From: an uncultured bacterium
GTDB lineage: Bacteria; Omnitrophota; Omnitrophia; Omnitrophales; JACQLI01
Assembly (NCBI GenBank): GCA_964372875.1
Contig: CAYJTB010000001.1
Span: forward strand, 27,860-91,859
DNA length: 64,000 bases
Direction of reading: 5' to 3'
A program made the position numbers and the translations under genes. Every line of letters starts with the position of its first letter. The first letter of the stretch is position 1. The notes under the pieces were generated by a model. It saw only the letters and a list, made by a program, of their open reading frames with translations, ran no database searches and was not told the DNA's origin. This document shows positions 41,588-52,595 of the stretch, piece by piece.

Positions 41588-42457
41588 TTGACGCTTGATT
41601 CACCTGCTAAGCTGAATCTGTTTTTGCGTGTCTTAGGAAAGCGAAAAGACGGTTACCACGAGCTGGTAACCGTCTTTCATCGCATCTCCTTAAGGGATAC
41701 GCTCACCCTCAAAAGAAGATCCCAAGAAGGAATCCGGATTCTTTGTTCTGCCCCGCGGGTCCCCCTCCAAGATAATTTGATTGCACGCGCCTTCCATCTG
41801 CTTAAGAAAAAATATCCTTTTCCGGGCGGAGTGAATGTCCGCCTCGTAAAACGAATCCCCATGGGCGGAGGCCTTGGCGGAGGGTCCAGCAACGCGGCAA
41901 CTTTTCTCTTAGGTATGAACCGACTTTCTCGCCTCAGGCTTACTCAAAAACAACTTATGCAGTTGGGCGGCGAACTGGGTTCCGACGTCCCTTTTTTTGT
42001 CAGCGGCATGCGGCATGCGCTGGGGTTAGGACGGGGAGAGAAAATCCGTCTTCTTCCTTATAAGGAGAAGTTCTGGTTTCTTCTCTTCCCAAGCGCCCAA
42101 GGTCTTTCTACCGCTAAAGTTTACGCACAACTACGCTTACAGCGTCCCGCACCTTCCTTGACACATGCAATACGTGATGCTAAACTCACTCCCACTTTTT
42201 CGGAAAATGGGAATTTGGTTCGGCCCGAAAAATGGTTAGCCAACGACTTAACGGAGAGCGCAGATCGAATCAAACCTTCCCTAGGGAAGACGCGAGAAAG
42301 ATTAAGTGGCTTACACCTTGGAGTTTGTCAAATGTCCGGAAGCGGCCCCACTTTATTTATGATGTTCCGTTCTAGAGCGAAAGCTCGACAAGCCCGCCTT
42401 TCGATTCGAAAACGTCTTAAAAAAGTCCAAGGCATTTTTCTCTGTCATTCTTTTTAA
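41588..42457 (+). CDS. ispE: 4-diphosphocytidyl-2-C-methyl-D-erythritol kinase
   Basis: TTG start; KLNLFLRVLGKRKDGYHEL, GHMP kinase motif PMGGGLGGGSSNAA. Confidence 0.88.
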   Translation: MTLDSPAKLNLFLRVLGKRKDGYHELVTVFHRISLRDTLTLKRRSQEGIRILCSAPRVPLQDNLIARAFHLLKKKYPFPGGVNVRLVKRIPMGGGLGGGSSNAATFLLGMNRLSRLRLTQKQLMQLGGELGSDVPFFVSGMRHALGLGRGEKIRLLPYKEKFWFLLFPSAQGLSTAKVYAQLRLQRPAPSLTHAIRDAKLTPTFSENGNLVRPEKWLANDLTESADRIKPSLGKTRERLSGLHLGVCQMSGSGPTLFMMFRSRAKARQARLSIRKRLKKVQGIFLCHSF

Positions 42458-42460
42458 GCT

Positions 42461-42874
42461 ATGAAAATCACCGAAGTCCGAATATTTCCTAAAGAGGGTC
42501 CGGATAAAAAATTGCGGGCCTTTGCCACAATTACCTTTGAAGATTGCTTTGTCGTCCGGGACATCAAAATCATCGAAGGGAATAAGGGTTATTTTGTGGC
42601 CATGCCTTCCCGCCGGGTGAAAGAACCTTGCTCCAAATGCGGGCACCGGAATGTGATCCGCTCGTTTTATTGCAATCAGTGCGGGGCAAAGCTTGTGGTC
42701 CCGCCTGTCCGCAATATGGATGCCGAGGCCCTTCAGGCGGAGCATAAAGATGTGGCCCATCCGATTACAGTGGAATGCCGCGAATATATCCAGCAAGCCG
42801 TTCTTGAGGCTTATCAAAAAGAAAAGGATAAGCTCTACACATCCTCGTCTCCGGGGCAGCAGCCTCATCCCTAA
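42461..42874 (+). CDS. spoVG: SpoVG family protein with C-terminal Cys4 zinc-ribbon extension
   Basis: MKITEVRIFPKEG.DKKLRAFATITFEDCFVVRDIKIIEG.KG.FVAMPSRR typical SpoVG; extra ~45 aa with CSKCGH...CNQCG. Confidence 0.8.
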   Translation: MKITEVRIFPKEGPDKKLRAFATITFEDCFVVRDIKIIEGNKGYFVAMPSRRVKEPCSKCGHRNVIRSFYCNQCGAKLVVPPVRNMDAEALQAEHKDVAHPITVECREYIQQAVLEAYQKEKDKLYTSSSPGQQPHP

Positions 42875-42908
42875 TTTTGGTTTGTCATTTCAAACCCGAA
42901 TCAAAATT

Positions 42909-42979
42909 TTGCCCGATGGTGAAATGGTATCACACCGCCCTTTGGAGGCGAGGTTCCTGGTTCGAGTCCAGGTCGGGCA
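42909..42979 (+). tRNA. tRNA-Gln (anticodon TTG)
   Basis: Hand-folded cloverleaf: 7-bp acceptor tgcccga/tcgggca, D-stem gtga/tcac, anticodon loop cTTTGga, T-arm cctgg-TTCGAGT-ccagg, discriminator G; CCA not encoded. Confidence 0.7.
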
Positions 42980-43027
42980 GAACTTCGACTCGCTTCGCTC
43001 GCTCAGTCCAAGGAAGATAGAAAATAA

Positions 43028-44140
43028 ATGATAATCCCCCTCGTTGATCTTAAAGCGCAATACGATTCCATCAAAAATGAAATCCAAGAAGCCATTTCCC
43101 GGGTTTTGGAAACAAGCCAATTTATTCTTGGAACCGAGGTGGAAAAATTTGAAGAAGAGTTTGCTTGCTACCTGGGTGTGCGCTATGCCATCGGAATCAA
43201 TTCAGGCACTAACGCAATTTATCTCGCACTTCTTGCTTTGGGGATCAAGCCGGGCGATGAAGTCATCACGGTTTCCCAGACTTTTATTGCAACCGTCGAC
43301 GCCATTTATTGGACCGGTGCCCGCCCGGTATTGGTGGATATTGATGAAGCAACCTTTACCATGGATCCCAAAAAATTTGAGGCGGCGATCACCCAAAAAA
43401 CCAAGGCGGTGATTCCTGTTCACCTCTACGGCCATCCGGCGGATATGGACCAGGTCCTAGCCGTCGCTAAGAAGCACAACCTTTGGGTCATTGAAGATGC
43501 CTGCCAGGCCCACGGAGCTCTCTATAAAGGAAAACGCGTCGGCGGTTTGGGGCACGCCGCTTGTTTTAGTTTTTATCCGGGAAAAAATTTGGGGGCCTAC
43601 GGCGAAGGCGGTGCCGTTACTACCAACGATGAAAAACTCGCAATCCTTATTAAGAAACTAAGAAATCACGGAGGCCTTAAGAAGTATTCACATGAAATCC
43701 CGGGTTTTAATGCGCGCCTGGAAGGAATCCAAGGGGCGATCCTCCGGGTCAAGCTTCCTTATTTGGACCGGTGGAATGACCTGAGACGACAACATGCAAG
43801 CGAATACGAAAAAAGTCTTCAGGGGTTGGGAATTAAATTTCCCTCCGAGGCTTCTTATGCGCGAAGTATTTTTCATGTGTATGTGATCCGCGCACCGCAA
43901 CGAGATTCTTTAAATGATCATCTGAATGAACAGGGAATCGGTTGTGCGATTCATTACCCCATCCCCAATCACTTGCTTCCCTGTTTTCAATCGTTAGGTT
44001 ACCGTCTAGGGGATTTGCCGGTGACGGAAAAAATTTCCAAAGAAGTTCTGTCACTTCCTTTGTTCCCGGAATTAAAAAAAGAACAAATTGAGGAAGTAGC
44101 CGGCCAGGTCCGTAACTTTCTTTCCACCCCCGTTTGTTAG
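43028..44140 (+). CDS. DegT/DnrJ/EryC1/StrS family PLP-dependent sugar aminotransferase
   Basis: 370 aa; [11 protein letters not shown], ...[19 protein letters not shown] (PLP Lys context). Confidence 0.85.
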   Translation: MIIPLVDLKAQYDSIKNEIQEAISRVLETSQFILGTEVEKFEEEFACYLGVRYAIGINSGTNAIYLALLALGIKPGDEVITVSQTFIATVDAIYWTGARPVLVDIDEATFTMDPKKFEAAITQKTKAVIPVHLYGHPADMDQVLAVAKKHNLWVIEDACQAHGALYKGKRVGGLGHAACFSFYPGKNLGAYGEGGAVTTNDEKLAILIKKLRNHGGLKKYSHEIPGFNARLEGIQGAILRVKLPYLDRWNDLRRQHASEYEKSLQGLGIKFPSEASYARSIFHVYVIRAPQRDSLNDHLNEQGIGCAIHYPIPNHLLPCFQSLGYRLGDLPVTEKISKEVLSLPLFPELKKEQIEEVAGQVRNFLSTPVC

Positions 44141-45144
44141 AACCTCTTTCAATTCTTGGAATAGGCAGCGTTCCTTTTTCTCAAAATAAAAATTCCTGCA
44201 AAGAAATCTTTGAGAACTGGGACATTCCCTTCTGGCCTCAGTATCCCCGGCGAACCCTTCGGGAAAACCTTGTCTTTCAGTTCCTCAGTTCTTTTCCCGG
44301 CCTCGCCGTTTCAGATAAAAGCGCAACTTTTAATAAAGAAGAATTTTTGGCGGGGGAGGTAACCTACCGCAAGGCGCTGGAGCAGGCATTGACCCAAAAG
44401 GATCCCCTATCTTTTGAGCCGCCTTCTGATTGGGCGCTCGGATACGCCCAAATGAAAGAGCTTTTAGCCCAAAGCCTTTCTTCTCAACCTATCGTTAAGC
44501 TTCAAATCACAAGCCCGGCCACCGTTTGGTGCGCCTTTTTTAAAACCCGAGTTAACGATTTTGCCTCTAGGGTGTGGAAGATCCTGAACCTAACATTAAT
44601 AGCCTCAGGTCTTAGCCAAATCCGCCGGGTTTTGTCTTTGGATAAAACACCCCTTATTTTCATCGATGAACCTCTTCGTCAAAACGAAACCGGCTATTTG
44701 CAAGAAATGGTTCAGACTTTTAAAAACGAAAAGGCGTTGGTGGGACTTCATCTTTGTTCGAATCAGGATTGGAGCGGGTATGAAAAGTTAGAGTTTGACG
44801 TATTTCACTTTGACCTCACGATCTATAAGGAGCTTTCTTTAAAGCTAAAGGATTTCCTTCGCCAATTGCTCCACCGAAAAGGGTGGCTTGCCTGGGGGAT
44901 TATGCCCGCTACAGCTATTGAGGCTTCTTCAGTCACGAGCTCCACCCAAAATCTATTAATGTGGGCCAAGAAGATCGCGGCACCCGATTTAAGCGTTGAA
45001 CAAATCCTTGACCAATCACTTTTGGCTCCCTCCTGCGGCCTGGGAACGCTGACTTTTGAGCAAGAAGAATCAATCTTCCGTCAACTCCGAGCGCTTTCAC
45101 GGGAGTTAAAGCATTTAAGAAGTCACCTTACAGAAGAAAATTAG
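44134..45144 (+). CDS. hypothetical protein (TIM-barrel methyltransferase/URO-D-like?), translationally coupled to the aminotransferase
   Basis: TTG start overlapping upstream stop; no confident family assignment by eye. Confidence 0.4.
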   Translation: MLEPLSILGIGSVPFSQNKNSCKEIFENWDIPFWPQYPRRTLRENLVFQFLSSFPGLAVSDKSATFNKEEFLAGEVTYRKALEQALTQKDPLSFEPPSDWALGYAQMKELLAQSLSSQPIVKLQITSPATVWCAFFKTRVNDFASRVWKILNLTLIASGLSQIRRVLSLDKTPLIFIDEPLRQNETGYLQEMVQTFKNEKALVGLHLCSNQDWSGYEKLEFDVFHFDLTIYKELSLKLKDFLRQLLHRKGWLAWGIMPATAIEASSVTSSTQNLLMWAKKIAAPDLSVEQILDQSLLAPSCGLGTLTFEQEESIFRQLRALSRELKHLRSHLTEEN

Positions 45145-45291
45145 AAATCAGCCTTGACACTACAAAACCTGCTTGTATACTTTCAATAGTTATTGCGACG
45201 AGTGGAGTTAGCACTTCTTCAGATCTCATTAAAGTTAAAAGCACAAGAGCCGAAAATTAAAAAACAAGTTGCATACCATAAGGAGGAAGGA

Positions 45292-45726
45292 ATGAGAAGG
45301 CATATCCTGTCGTTGGGCGTTTTGTTTTTCGTGATTGTTGGATTTTCCGTAACTGCAGCACCGACGACGTCGCTTGCACAATCTGGAGCACCTACCGAAG
45401 AATGGAGCCAAGGCCAATTTGCCCTTTGGGTGGTTAAGGCTGCCGGTGCGATCAGCAAGCTTCCTCCTGCCGCAACCGGATCAGACGCTATCGTCTTTCT
45501 GACCAAGCTGGGAGTTATTCCTGAAGATGGCTGGAAGAAAGACGGAAAAATAACCAAAGAGTTTCTATTAAGCTTACTAGGGGATGACTCGGAAGGTGCC
45601 GAAGGTCTCAGCTTCGATGACTTGATTCAAAGACTCCAAGATCAGGTTAATACGCTTGTTACTCAATGGAACGAAGGATATTTTAGCGGGTCAACAGATA
45701 CAGCGGCTTCTTCGATTACTCCCTAA
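45292..45726 (+). CDS. small secreted hypothetical protein
   Basis: RBS AAGGAGGAAGG then MRRHILSLGVLFFVIVGFSVTAAPTTSLA signal peptide; ORF track start 45193 is an upstream in-frame extension. Confidence 0.5.
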   Translation: MRRHILSLGVLFFVIVGFSVTAAPTTSLAQSGAPTEEWSQGQFALWVVKAAGAISKLPPAATGSDAIVFLTKLGVIPEDGWKKDGKITKEFLLSLLGDDSEGAEGLSFDDLIQRLQDQVNTLVTQWNEGYFSGSTDTAASSITP

Positions 45727-45795
45727 TACCATTGACGCTATCTTACTCTTAATATTCAATAAATTTGAGACTAACGCTTAACCTTAAAGAGGTGA

Positions 45796-47214
45796 ATGAT
45801 GAAAAAGCATGAGCTAAAAGCGAATTGGGCGGTGGGGAGTTTAATAGTCTTTTTTGCATTCTTATTGTCACTGACACCCCTTTCCTCCGCAGATGAGGGA
45901 GCAGCGACAGAAGCTAGCTCTGGGAATATGTGGTCAAGGATGAAAAATAGTTTGTCTAATCTCGGCTCCGGACTGCCGAACATATTTTCAGAGCTTTCCC
46001 CTGCAGATGTGGGAGTGAAGCCGAGAATCAAACCTCATTTCAGTTTTACCCAAGGTTTTAATTCCAATGCAAACTTAGGCCAAAAGCAAGCAGACGCTGC
46101 ATGGAAGGCCCGCATGGCTCCAGGGATTACTATTTCCATCCCATCCGGGAAGCTTTACACGGAAATGGATTACACGTACGGTCTTTCTACCACACAGGGA
46201 AGACGTACTTCTGATACGGTCAATACGCATAATTTGAATGCCTTAGCCCGGTATGACCTGAGTGAAGAGACGATTGTGGGATTAGGAAATAACCTGCAAA
46301 TCAGTGAATTGCCCGGTCAGGCTGGAAAAACCTTTTGGCTAGACACGGCCACGGGCCAGATCTCCCATCGACTTTCACCTAAATTGTTAGGGACGTTAAC
46401 CGATACGTTCCAGTGGTACAAAGATTCCATCAAGACTACGCCTTTCCGTGTAGGTGGAGGTGACGCTTTCAGAAACAAAGAGTTCAGAAATACCTATTAC
46501 GACAATGGCGTCGGTGCAGACCTCGCTTATGATGCTCTAGAAGACCTCACTGTAGGCCCTGCTTTTAGATGGAATATTCGTGAATATGTGGATTCGGAGG
46601 GAAAAAGTTACTGGCAAATCCTGCCTGCCACAACCGCCAATTATAAGCTTGGGCCCAAAACAACGGTAAACGGTAATGTGGGATGGGCTTATAGAAGATT
46701 TAACGATAAAACGAGTACCACTGTCGGATCTTCCACGTCTGAAATTGTTTACGGAGCCGGTGTTAGCCATCTTTTGGGTACGAAGTTTATTTGGTCGGTT
46801 GGTTATGCGAAGACCCTTCAAGATACCTTTGACACTAATTTCATCTTTCGCGACCGGCCGGGCTCAAGCGCAACAGAAATGGATGATTTGGACCGTCAGT
46901 TCCGAGCGCTTATATCTCATCGTCTTAACACGAATGCCATTTATCGCTTTACAGAACGGCATAGTGTCGATGCGTTTGCAGATGCATCTTTTGTGCACGG
47001 CCATGAAGATGACAACGTGATCCAACGTCAAAAGAGTCATGAAAAAACAATGCAAGTCGGAGCGGGGTATAGCTACCGGGTAAACCGCTATATTACCCTC
47101 GATATCCATTACGCTTTTGGGAGGCGTTTTACAGCGGACAATAACGAAGCTGTTGGGGCACGTAACGAATACACCTTCCATAAGGTAACAGGCGGCGTAA
47201 ACCTAACAGTCTAG
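45796..47214 (+). CDS. outer-membrane beta-barrel protein (EPS-locus associated)
   Basis: Signal peptide, alternating amphipathic beta-strand pattern, aromatic-rich, 472 aa; upstream of wza-like gene. Confidence 0.55.
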   Translation: MMKKHELKANWAVGSLIVFFAFLLSLTPLSSADEGAATEASSGNMWSRMKNSLSNLGSGLPNIFSELSPADVGVKPRIKPHFSFTQGFNSNANLGQKQADAAWKARMAPGITISIPSGKLYTEMDYTYGLSTTQGRRTSDTVNTHNLNALARYDLSEETIVGLGNNLQISELPGQAGKTFWLDTATGQISHRLSPKLLGTLTDTFQWYKDSIKTTPFRVGGGDAFRNKEFRNTYYDNGVGADLAYDALEDLTVGPAFRWNIREYVDSEGKSYWQILPATTANYKLGPKTTVNGNVGWAYRRFNDKTSTTVGSSTSEIVYGAGVSHLLGTKFIWSVGYAKTLQDTFDTNFIFRDRPGSSATEMDDLDRQFRALISHRLNTNAIYRFTERHSVDAFADASFVHGHEDDNVIQRQKSHEKTMQVGAGYSYRVNRYITLDIHYAFGRRFTADNNEAVGARNEYTFHKVTGGVNLTV

Positions 47215-47282
47215 TCGTTCACCACGCTTCTCAATCCTCAAGAGGAGTTGATGAAGCAGGCATTACCATCCTCTCTTTTGAA

Positions 47283-48173
47283 GTGAGCGGGTTTAAGATT
47301 AAATTTCTCCTCAGTGTAATCTCGTTACTGGTGATTGTCCCCAGTGTCGTTATATCTGCGCCCAAGCAAGATAATTACATTATCGGCCGGGACGACGTTT
47401 TAGATATTACGGTCTGGCAATCCCCCGACCTGACCAAATCCGTTACGGTCCTTTCAGACGGCACCATTGAATATCCTATTCTTGGCGTTCTACCTGCCGA
47501 AGGAACCACTCCCGCAGCTCTCGCAAAAGCAATCAGTGATAAACTTGCGCAAGGATACGTTAAAGAACCCAGGGTAAACGTTGCGGTTAAAGAATATAAC
47601 AGCAAAAAGATCCTGGTCTTTGGCGAAGTTGCGAAACCGGGTCTTTATAAACTTAAGGGTGAAGTGCCGGTTCTCGAATTACTTTTTATGGTGGGAGGTG
47701 CTAACATGACTGCCAAGCGGATGACCATCATTCGTCCTCCGGCCGGTAATAGTGAAAAATCGGCAACGCCCGTTGCTTTTGGAGGTGAAGAAGCCAATGT
47801 AAATACGACTTCCATTGAAATTGATTTAATCTCCCTGTTATCCAAGGGAAATCTTTCTCAGAATGTATTCATTAGGCCGGGGGATACCGTTTACGTTTCG
47901 TCAGGGACAGGGCAACGTTTTTATGTCCTGGGTCAAGTGATGAATCCAGGCCCCTACGAGTGGAGTCAGGATATTACCGTTTTGGAAGCCATTAAAGCGG
48001 CGGGTGGGGTGAAGGAAAAAGGCGCACCTAACCGGATTAAAGTCAGAAAAACTTTCAATGGACAGAAAGAGGATATCAAAGTGAATGTTTTAGAGATTAT
48101 GAAGGGGAAGAAAAAAGATGATGTCGTGATTAAGCCCGGTGACACAATCATTGTCCCCGAAAGCTGGGTATGA
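47283..48173 (+). CDS. polysaccharide export protein (Wza/KpsD family: Poly_export + SLBB domains)
   Basis: GTG start; DDVLDITVWQSPDLT...GDTVYV, C-terminal SLBB (GDTIIVPES). Confidence 0.8.
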   Translation: MSGFKIKFLLSVISLLVIVPSVVISAPKQDNYIIGRDDVLDITVWQSPDLTKSVTVLSDGTIEYPILGVLPAEGTTPAALAKAISDKLAQGYVKEPRVNVAVKEYNSKKILVFGEVAKPGLYKLKGEVPVLELLFMVGGANMTAKRMTIIRPPAGNSEKSATPVAFGGEEANVNTTSIEIDLISLLSKGNLSQNVFIRPGDTVYVSSGTGQRFYVLGQVMNPGPYEWSQDITVLEAIKAAGGVKEKGAPNRIKVRKTFNGQKEDIKVNVLEIMKGKKKDDVVIKPGDTIIVPESWV

Positions 48174-50368
48174 CGGAAAGTAAACGTCCGCCCTACGCGG
48201 TCAACCGGCATCAAGATCTGCCCGTTGAATCCCTGAATCTCGAGGCCGGAATCCAGCCTTATCTCCACATTCTCAGAAATAGAAAAGGCGTCATCGCGGC
48301 ATGCGTTTTTACTACGCTTCTTATCGCCTTTGTCGCTAATATAACGCAGCGGCCTGTTTATCAGGCGGCGACAGAACTTCTTTTAGAGCCTAAAGAATCC
48401 AAAGACGCCCTCACGAGCGATTCCAATAAATCGACCCTTATGCAAGACCCTACGCTCATGATGACGCAATTTAGACTGATACGAAGCCGTCCTCTGGCGG
48501 AGCGAGTATTGGAGAAGGTGCAAAAACCAGAAAATCGGGAATCTTTGTTGTCTTCTTTTGGCGTTAAAGCCGGAGGAAAACGTCAAGACGGCGGCATTTT
48601 TTCAGAAAAGGAAAAGCAAAATTTAATCGGACGCATCCAGACATCATTGGCGGGAGCCCAACCAGACCGGAATGTGCGTCTCATTAAAATCTTATCGACA
48701 GGCTATCAGCCGCAAGTCGTTGCCTTGGTCTCCCATGCTGCGAGCGAGGCCTACATCGAACTCAATCATAAATCCAACATGGAATCGTTCCGGCAAAGTT
48801 TTATGATGATTTCACAGAATCTCGCGGAGGTGCGCGAAAAGATAAAAACGGGGGAGCTCGCCTTTCAAAAAATTGATTCTGAAGTAAAACTTTTGGAAGC
48901 ATTGAAAATTTACGGCGAAAGACACCCGCTCGTCATTCAATTACAGAACGATATTCCCCAACTGGCCCGAAGACTTAAAAGGGAAATTCAGAGTCTAGAA
49001 TCCATTCAAGTAGGACAAAGAAAAGACTTAACGACGCTTTTAACGGTTCCCAACACCAAATTAGAAGATCTCCAAAAAATCGAAACGGATCTTTATAACC
49101 TTAAACCCATCTTGGAGCAAGAAGTGACAAGTCAGAAAGAGATGTATAACTCCATCTTTCGAAAACTTCAAGAAGTGGGTGTTTCGGGCGGAGGAAGTGT
49201 TTGGGTAGATGCCGAGATTGTGGAACCGGCTTCCGCACCATCAAGCCCGATTCGCCCCAATAAAAAATTAAACTTGATTCTTGGTTTCTTCACCGGTATT
49301 GCCTTGGGAATTGGGTTGGCCTTCTTCCAAGAATACTTAGACAGCAGCGTGCGAAGCTTAGAAGACGTTCGCGGTTACCTTAAACTCTTTCCTCTGGGCA
49401 TGGTTCCTTTTGTACAGTTTAACGTTGTCCAAAAAAACGGGGGAGCAAAAACCGAGGATGAAATTGCCATGAATAGAATGAGATCTCCCCGGACTTTTTG
49501 GCTTGCGAACGATTCCGATATTCCCTTATATGTAGCTGAGGCCTACCGGATTATTCGGGCAAATTTGGCATTCGGTTCAATTGACTCTACCTTAAAAATT
49601 TTGCAAGTTACGAGCGCTGTCAAAGGTGAGGGTAAAACCACCACCACCGCAAATCTTGCCGTCAGTTTAGCACTCGCTGGGGAAAAAATTTTAATTGTTG
49701 ACGCGGATATGAGGCGTCCTGCGCTTCACAGGATTTTGGATTTGGAGGGGGTCGAGGAAGGCTTAAGCGATGCGTTGACTCATGAAAAATCCTGGGAATC
49801 GTTCGTGATGCCGACCGCCACACCCAATCTTTTCTTCTTGAGTGCAGGCTCCATCCCGCCCAATCCAGCCGAACTTCTTTCGTCGCGCAGAATGAAAGCG
49901 TTTATGGAAGAACTGACCCAGCATTTTGATCGTGTGATTATTGATTCGCCGCCTGTAATTTCAGTGGCCGATGCCGCCGTGATTGCTTCACAAGTGGACG
50001 GCACCATTCTTGTGTCACGTGCCGGATTTGTCCCTCGCCATTTGTGCCTGCAGGCGAAATCAGCGATCGAATCAGTCAACGGCAGGATTGTGGGATGCGT
50101 CCTCAATAGTGTTCACTCCGCTCACCTGCCTTACTATTATCACCAGTACTATCATGAGTATGGGCGTTATGATGAGGATAAAACCAACGCTTCCAAAAAC
50201 GACACTGACGAAGAGCCGGTGCTCAAAGAACCTTCAACCACACTGGATAAATTGAAAGTCCTCAAAGAGCCTTTGCTTATTTTGCTTTCCTCCGGCTGGG
50301 CCCGGCTAGGCGAGCAATTCAAAAAGGGTCAGCCGAAGAAGGAGTCAAAATCATCTGTTGGCGCTTAG
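48170..50368 (+). CDS. polysaccharide co-polymerase / BY-kinase (Wzc-like tyrosine autokinase)
   Basis: N-terminal Wzz domain with 2 TM, Walker A GEGKTTTTANLA, Walker A-prime/B (IVDADMRRP, DSPP), C-terminal Tyr cluster YYYHQYYHEYGRY. Confidence 0.85.
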   Translation: MTESKRPPYAVNRHQDLPVESLNLEAGIQPYLHILRNRKGVIAACVFTTLLIAFVANITQRPVYQAATELLLEPKESKDALTSDSNKSTLMQDPTLMMTQFRLIRSRPLAERVLEKVQKPENRESLLSSFGVKAGGKRQDGGIFSEKEKQNLIGRIQTSLAGAQPDRNVRLIKILSTGYQPQVVALVSHAASEAYIELNHKSNMESFRQSFMMISQNLAEVREKIKTGELAFQKIDSEVKLLEALKIYGERHPLVIQLQNDIPQLARRLKREIQSLESIQVGQRKDLTTLLTVPNTKLEDLQKIETDLYNLKPILEQEVTSQKEMYNSIFRKLQEVGVSGGGSVWVDAEIVEPASAPSSPIRPNKKLNLILGFFTGIALGIGLAFFQEYLDSSVRSLEDVRGYLKLFPLGMVPFVQFNVVQKNGGAKTEDEIAMNRMRSPRTFWLANDSDIPLYVAEAYRIIRANLAFGSIDSTLKILQVTSAVKGEGKTTTTANLAVSLALAGEKILIVDADMRRPALHRILDLEGVEEGLSDALTHEKSWESFVMPTATPNLFFLSAGSIPPNPAELLSSRRMKAFMEELTQHFDRVIIDSPPVISVADAAVIASQVDGTILVSRAGFVPRHLCLQAKSAIESVNGRIVGCVLNSVHSAHLPYYYHQYYHEYGRYDEDKTNASKNDTDEEPVLKEPSTTLDKLKVLKEPLLILLSSGWARLGEQFKKGQPKKESKSSVGA

Positions 50369-52595
50369 CGAAGTTGAAGTTAAAGAAAAGTCTTCTTTCC
50401 GTTCCTTCCTGAATTTTTTTCTCCCGGGCGCTGCCTCCCTTTTTTTAATTTTTTCTCCCTGGCTTTACGGCCTGCGTCACTTGCCGGATAAGCTCTTTGC
50501 CCAAACCCTCATTTTTGCATTATCTTCAGCCACTTTTCCGTTTCTAAAATGGAAAAATGTCCTCAACCGGGGCAGCCGTAAACTTGATCGTTGGGTTTTT
50601 GCCTCGCTAGCCCTTGGATTTTGCTACATCCTTATTTCTGTGATTCCTTCTTTGAGTTTTCTGGCCTTTCTACAGTTGGCAGGGTGCGTTTCTCTTTACG
50701 TATTGATTCGCTCGGCCTCTACTCAAGAAAAAGAGTTTCTTTTTTTTCTAAGTTCAATCGTATTTTGCGGGGTCTTTTATGCGGCCTATGGGCTTTTTCA
50801 ATATTACGGATTTTTACCCCACCCTTATTGGTTCGAAGGGTGGTTTTTGGCGTCTCGCTTTATTAACGGCGGACATTTCGGGGTCTTCCTCCTTACCCCT
50901 TTTTTTATGGCAGGTTCTTTAATGCTTTCCACCCGAAAACTATTCCTACGCGGCGTGCTTGCGCTGTCGCTCCTCGTGATGGGCTGGGCCTTTTTGCTTA
51001 CGCATTCCAGGGCCCCGTGGCTCGTTCTGGCCTTCGGAAGCTGTTTTTTTCTTTGGGTTCTAAAACGAAACCATCTTTTATCTCGAAAAGAAATCCTTGG
51101 GGTTTCTTTTTTCCTGGGAACCTCCTTGGGACTCATGGTTCTTTCCGGAGGAATGAAGGAAATTGTTTCCCGCTTTGGACAGATGTGGGGCAAGACTTCC
51201 GTGATCTTTGATCCTCATGCCTCGGGCCAATTCTATACGGTATTTTACCGTTTGAGACTTTGGCAGGAATCTTTGGCAGCCATTCTTGCAAGACCTTGGG
51301 GTTGGGGCCTTGGAACTTTTGAAAATATCTTTCCCCAATTTCGTACGCACTCTGACCGTTTCCGTATCGATTACGCGCATAACGAAATACTTCAGATCGG
51401 AGTCGACCTGGGAATCATCGGCCTTCTTTTTTTAGCAGGTTTTCTTATTTATTATTTCAAGAGGATGGGAAATTTTTTGAGAAGTCCCGTTCCTTCACGT
51501 TCCTATAAAATTTATGCCGCAGGACTCATGACAGCAGTGGCAAGTCTTTTTCTCGTGAGCCAAGTGGATTTTCCGCTGCGAGTTTATGCCAATAGCTTCT
51601 TTTTCGCAGCCGTTTTGGCTTTGTCTTCTTCGCTCTTTGGTCTTTTGCCTCCCCATTCAAAATCCGAACGTGAGATGCCCGTTTTTTTTCAACCCCTTTT
51701 GCGCATCGGACTTCCGGCCCTCTTGGCAGTGTTGACATTTTTTTCGGCAAGGGAATATCTGGCTCAGACCTATTATTCTAAGGCAATCGAGTTAGACAAA
51801 AATTTTGAATGGTCCAAGGCCTTAACGGAATATGAGCGCGCCGTAGGGCTCTCACCACTCCGCTCAGAATATTACGAAGGCTTAGGCGGTCTTCTTCAAA
51901 AAAAAGAAACACTTTCATTTAACCGTAAGGAAAAAAAGAGGTGGGGAGAGCGTGCGCTTTGGGCATACGAAGAAGCGGTCAAAAGAAATCCTTATCAAGC
52001 GTTTAGCCACTACAGGCTTGCATTGATTTATCAAAACAAAGGTAATCCCGAAGAAGCCAAAAAGCAGTTTAAGAAAGCCATTTCCTTAGAGCCTCTTAAC
52101 GCGGCTTACGTCTCTGAATATGGCCTCTTTGCCCTTAAAAATAAATGGAAACAACAAGGTCTTTGGGCGTTCGAAAAATACACGCAAATTCCCTTCAAAG
52201 AAAATGCCCGGTTTACCACAATTCCGGAACTCTTGGAAGCCGTCTATCCCTACACGACCGAATATCTGGATTTAACAAGGATGATTCCGAACACGGCCGA
52301 CGGCCACTATCAATTAGGGACCTTTTTAGGAACCAAAGGGCGCTGGGAGTCTGCGGATCAAGAATTGGAAAAGGCCATCAAAGCGGCGAAGAGACAGGGC
52401 GGCCCATTTTCTGAATATTGGACCGGAACGGCAAAACCCGTTGCTAATTTTTACTTCTCCCAAAATCGTTTAGACCAAGCACAAAAGCTGTATCAAGAAG
52501 CCGTGAAAAAAAATCCGCACGACACGGAATCTATAAACCAACTGCAGCAAATTGAACAGATGAAAAAACCCTCTGTCCCGCAGGTTACCTTATGA
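50358..52595 (+). CDS. O-antigen ligase/polymerase-like membrane protein (Wzy_C) fused to C-terminal TPR repeats
   Basis: ~12 TM N-half with Wzy_C-like loop (HAHNEILQIGVDLGIIG), C-terminal ~270 aa TPR-like (AYYSKAIELD..., ALIYQNKGNPEEAKKQFKKAISLEP). Confidence 0.7.
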   Translation: MALSEVEVKEKSSFRSFLNFFLPGAASLFLIFSPWLYGLRHLPDKLFAQTLIFALSSATFPFLKWKNVLNRGSRKLDRWVFASLALGFCYILISVIPSLSFLAFLQLAGCVSLYVLIRSASTQEKEFLFFLSSIVFCGVFYAAYGLFQYYGFLPHPYWFEGWFLASRFINGGHFGVFLLTPFFMAGSLMLSTRKLFLRGVLALSLLVMGWAFLLTHSRAPWLVLAFGSCFFLWVLKRNHLLSRKEILGVSFFLGTSLGLMVLSGGMKEIVSRFGQMWGKTSVIFDPHASGQFYTVFYRLRLWQESLAAILARPWGWGLGTFENIFPQFRTHSDRFRIDYAHNEILQIGVDLGIIGLLFLAGFLIYYFKRMGNFLRSPVPSRSYKIYAAGLMTAVASLFLVSQVDFPLRVYANSFFFAAVLALSSSLFGLLPPHSKSEREMPVFFQPLLRIGLPALLAVLTFFSAREYLAQTYYSKAIELDKNFEWSKALTEYERAVGLSPLRSEYYEGLGGLLQKKETLSFNRKEKKRWGERALWAYEEAVKRNPYQAFSHYRLALIYQNKGNPEEAKKQFKKAISLEPLNAAYVSEYGLFALKNKWKQQGLWAFEKYTQIPFKENARFTTIPELLEAVYPYTTEYLDLTRMIPNTADGHYQLGTFLGTKGRWESADQELEKAIKAAKRQGGPFSEYWTGTAKPVANFYFSQNRLDQAQKLYQEAVKKNPHDTESINQLQQIEQMKKPSVPQVTL

